Of a stretch of DNA of 10,032 bases, positions 7,309 through 10,032 are shown one piece after another. The DNA comes from Leidyana gryllorum EB-2025a (taxonomy: Eukaryota > Protista > Apicomplexa), in contig JBLWGC010000099.1 in the NCBI GenBank assembly GCA_048772705.1, positions 1 to 10,032 of the forward strand, given 5' to 3'. Numbering within the stretch: position 1 is the first letter of the stretch; the number at the start of each line of letters is the position of its first letter. The notes beneath the pieces were generated by a model, which saw nothing but the letters and a program-made list of their open reading frames with translations, searched no databases and had not been told where the DNA came from. The position numbers and the translations under genes are program-made.

Positions 7309-7312
7309 ATCC
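7309..7312 (+). repeat. Right target-site duplication of element B (ATCC)
   Basis: Matches 3085-3088. Removing B plus one copy restores the element A integrase frame. Confidence 0.92.
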
Positions 7313-8159
7313 CGTTCGTCTGAGGGTGGTACGCGGTGGTAAGAGTTAGCTGAGCCCCCAGTTGATTCATCAAGGACGTCCACACTGCGGATGTGAAGGG
7401 GGGATCACGATCACTAAGGATTCGACGCGGAACTCCGTGTAGCTTGACGATGTTTTGAATGAAGAGAGAGGCCGTCTCCTCAGCGGTGATTGTCTTGTGG
7501 CATGCGGTGAGTCTAATGCGTCGGGTAAGGCGATCTACCACAACCATGACATAGTCCTGTGTGGTGTCGGGGTCTACAGGCAGCTCGAGGAAGTCCAACC
7601 CTACGTCCTCCCATGGGAAGAGGGGATTGCGGAGGGGGTTGAGTAAGCCCGCCGGGTGTTGGTTCCGTCTCTTAGCCTTCTGGCAGACCTCGCAGAGGTG
7701 GCAATATTGGGCGACGTCGGCCTGAAGGCCTCTTCATTGGAACAGAGTGCGTATTCGTGCGGCAGTTTTATCGGGCCCCAAATGGCCGGCTAGTCGTGAG
7801 TCATGGTTCAGGGTTATGATGTCCGTTATTAGTTTGGTGTCTTGAGGGACCAGAATTGTTCCGTCGGTGCCCAATGGTAGCCCTTCAATCCATTCTATAT
7901 CTGGTGGCAATGTGGTGTAGTCTCTTTTTTCCTCCCAGATGCGTCGTAGTCGTTGCTCTATGGATTCTGGCTGGAGTGTGGTCGCATACGTCTGGGCGGC
8001 GACCTTGCGACTTTGTGTTTGTCGGGTGATGGTAGGGCGGCTGAGTAGATCAGCGATCAGGTTGTTTGCGCCTGGGATGTATCGGATCTCTAAGTCCAGT
8101 TCTGATAGTGTCGTTATCCACCGGGCTTGCCGGTCAGATAGGTGTGCTTGTTGAAGCAG
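7309..8159 (-). pseudogene. pol: Element A pol: RNase H end, integrase HHCC and core (premature stop)
   Basis: Manual translation: LSDRQARW..YIPGANNLIADLLSR..HDSRLAGHLG..LFQ*..CEVC..PWEDVGLDFL..VDRLTR..SDRD..TTAYHPQTNG. A TGA at 7734-7736 replaces a conserved Trp. Confidence 0.92.
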
Positions 8160-9550
8160 GTGTGTGATCTGTCTGTATGACCACTTTTCGGCCTAGTAAT
8201 AGATGTCGCCAATGGCGGCATGCGGCTACAATACCCAGCAGTTCCCTTTCGTGGGTTGCGTACCGCGACTCGGTGTCTGTGAATGTGCGTGAGAAGAACT
8301 CGATAGGTCGTCGTCCTCCTGATTCTGGCTGTTCCAGCACCCCTCCCATAGCCACCGCGCTCGCGTCTGTGGTCACCCACAGCTCAGCGCAGTCAGCGCC
8401 GGGGAAAGCCAGCAGTGTGGCTTGTATTAGAGCTTCGCGTAGTCGTTGCACTGCCGTAGCAATGTCAGGTGTGGTGGGAAGCGGGGTGTTCGGTCCTTTC
8501 AGCCCATGAGTTGCTAGATAGATAGGGTTCGCTATGGTCGCAAAATTTGGGATAAATCGTCGGTAATAATTGAAGGATCCTAATAAACTCTGAGCTTCGC
8601 GCAATGTGGTGGGTGTCGGTATGTTCGTAATTGCTTCTGTTCGTTTCGTCAGTGGCATGATCCCCGCAGCTGATATTCTATGTCCAAGGTAATCGACTTC
8701 CTTTTGAAAGAAGTGGGATTTTCGGCGGTGGGCCACCAATTGATGTTCCTTCAAGCGTTCCAAGACGTTGCGGAGGTGCTGTTGATGGTCCTTGGTCGTG
8801 CGTGAAAAGACCAAAACGTCATCTAGGTAAATGAACACGTAGTCACCAACCATGTCGCTGAAAACTTTGTGCATGAGCAGCATGAACGTTGCAGGCGCGT
8901 TCATAAGGCCGTTGGGCATCACTGTCCACTCGAAGAGCCCCCATGGAGTCACGAATGCTGTAAGATGACGACTCTCCCGCGTCATTAATACTTGGTGATA
9001 TCCGCTCTTCAGATCCAATGTGCTAAAGATAGTGGCACCCGCGAGCACCTGTAACGCCTCGTCCAAGGAAGGCATCGGGGAGGCCACTCGAACAGTAGCT
9101 TGGTTCAGTCTGCGGTAATCGCACACGAGCCGGGGAACCGTAGTGTCCTTCTTGGGAACGAAGAGACACGGGGAGGCCCAGGATGACGAGCTTGGCGAAA
9201 TCTTCTCGGTGCGTACTACGTCCATCAGTTGTCCTCGCATCTCTTGTAAGTACCGCTGTGGTACTTTGTACGGCTGACGTACGTAGGGCAAGGCGTCCGG
9301 TTGGCGTAGCTTGATCTGGTGGTCGATCCCGGGGCGCGTCGGGGGCATGGGCAGGCTGTCCCGGAATACTGACGGAAAGTCTTTCTCGATCCAGCGTTCT
9401 TCCAGCGGTGCGTCGAGTGGGTCGGCGGGTATGTTCGCTTTTATGGCGTAGGCACAGGCCCGGTCACTTTTTTCCGGTCTAATCCACTCGACTGCAACTT
9501 CTCGGCGAGGTAAGTCATGGCCCTCTACTACTCCCAATGTTCCTTCCTTT
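8160..9550 (-). pseudogene. pol: Element A pol: RT and RNase H
   Basis: DYRRLN, LDLKSGYHQV, MPNGLMNAPATF, YLDD, TDAS, ERELL, TDH. The frame is broken just after TDH. Confidence 0.96.
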
Positions 9551-9938
9551 GTCCTAGCAGTAAGTGTAAATTGAGAATGGTCGATGTGGATACGATTAGG
9601 TCGAATTCCAGTTGCGGTATCACTGCGCATGTGATCGGAAGTTGTTGGCCGCGCACGGTTCGAACGGTGATCTCGGCTTCATGTGAGCATTCGGTGTTGT
9701 CGGTGGCTATGGTTCCTAGCTGTAGATGGCATCGGCGGGTGACGAGTCGGAGCTTGTGCACAATTCGAGCGTCGAGGCAGTTGGTATTACTGCCTGTGTC
9801 TAATAGAACGTTGGCGTTGAGTTCAAGGTCGGAGCGCGGGTTGCGGATGGTCCATCGGACCGTAAGCGGTGGTGATGTCCCTACTGCATTTCCTCCTGAG
9901 CGGTCGTCTCCTGGGCCGTCAGGGAATCCAGAAAATCC
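9551..9938 (-). pseudogene. pol: Element A pol: aspartic protease
   Basis: VLLDTGSNTN active site and FDLIVS. The frame is -1 relative to gag at G GAT TTT and is broken near 9550. Confidence 0.9.
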
Positions 9939-10030
9939 GGGGTGTCGTACGCCACAGTGGCATAGGCTCTTGGTTTGGCGTATCTGTTCTTGGTGTCCTT
10001 CGGGTGAGGGCACTCAGCATTCCTGTGTGT
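9881..10030 (-). CDS. gag: Element A Gag C-terminus (partial, not in the ORF track)
   Basis: Manual translation THRNAECPHPKDTKNRYAKPRAYATVAYDTPDFLDSLTAQETTAQEEMQ*. H-x4-C is the end of a CCHC knuckle. TAG at 9881-9883. Confidence 0.8.
   Translation of the reverse strand, partial: THRNAECPHPKDTKNRYAKPRAYATVAYDTPDFLDSLTAQETTAQEEMQ
9890..9938 (-). promoter_or_regulatory. Element A -1 frameshift signal
   Basis: G GAT TTT (9938-9932) in the gag frame, with a -1 frame (GGA TTT TCT) open into the protease. An imperfect hairpin (9926-9890) starts 5 nt downstream. Confidence 0.75.
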
Positions 10031-10032
10031 GC

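Larger units (their letters stand above)
1964..10032 (-). mobile_element. Element A: Ty3/gypsy chromovirus-type LTR retrotransposon, defective, interrupted by element B, 5' end outside the window
   Basis: On the - strand the order is Gag knuckle end, PR (LLDTGS), RT (YLDD, 8818-8829), RNase H (TDAS), IN (HHCC, DDE), GPY/F, chromodomain, PPT and LTR. Confidence 0.93.

Noticed and set aside
6897-7349. 150-aa ORF repeating the Gag N-terminus
   Set aside because: It is a by-product of the 3' LTR duplication in an alternative frame and stops shortly after entering flanking element A sequence.
3089-9938. A and B as one element with inverted repeats, a head-to-head duplication, or a prokaryotic RT/CRISPR system
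   Set aside because: A and B proteins are clearly diverged, their LTRs differ, and the TSD demonstrates insertion. The domain content is eukaryotic Ty3/gypsy and there is no regularly spaced repeat array.

Overview
Eukaryotic transposon island made of three nested Ty3/gypsy LTR retrotransposons. A bounded chromovirus-type element B (3089-7308, + strand) has 239-bp LTRs differing at 2 positions, a 4-bp TSD ATCC, an iMet-type PBS and a PPT. It is inserted into the integrase of an antisense relative, element A (3' LTR 1964-2312, running off the right edge, - strand). A is itself inserted into a truncated RT fragment of a third lineage, C (1729-1963, - strand). All three are coding-defective as sequenced. 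A and B share an unusually compact plan: Gag apparently starts inside the LTR, Pol ends inside the 3' LTR, there is a G-GAU-UUU -1 frameshift site with a downstream stem or pseudoknot, and the LTRs share a hairpin motif. The left 1.7 kb is non-coding. It holds a tandem array of at least three degenerate tRNA-like modules (A/B boxes kept, stems decayed) ending at a single TTTTT plus purine tract, followed by a strongly G-poor tract. The host organism cannot be identified from the sequence alone.
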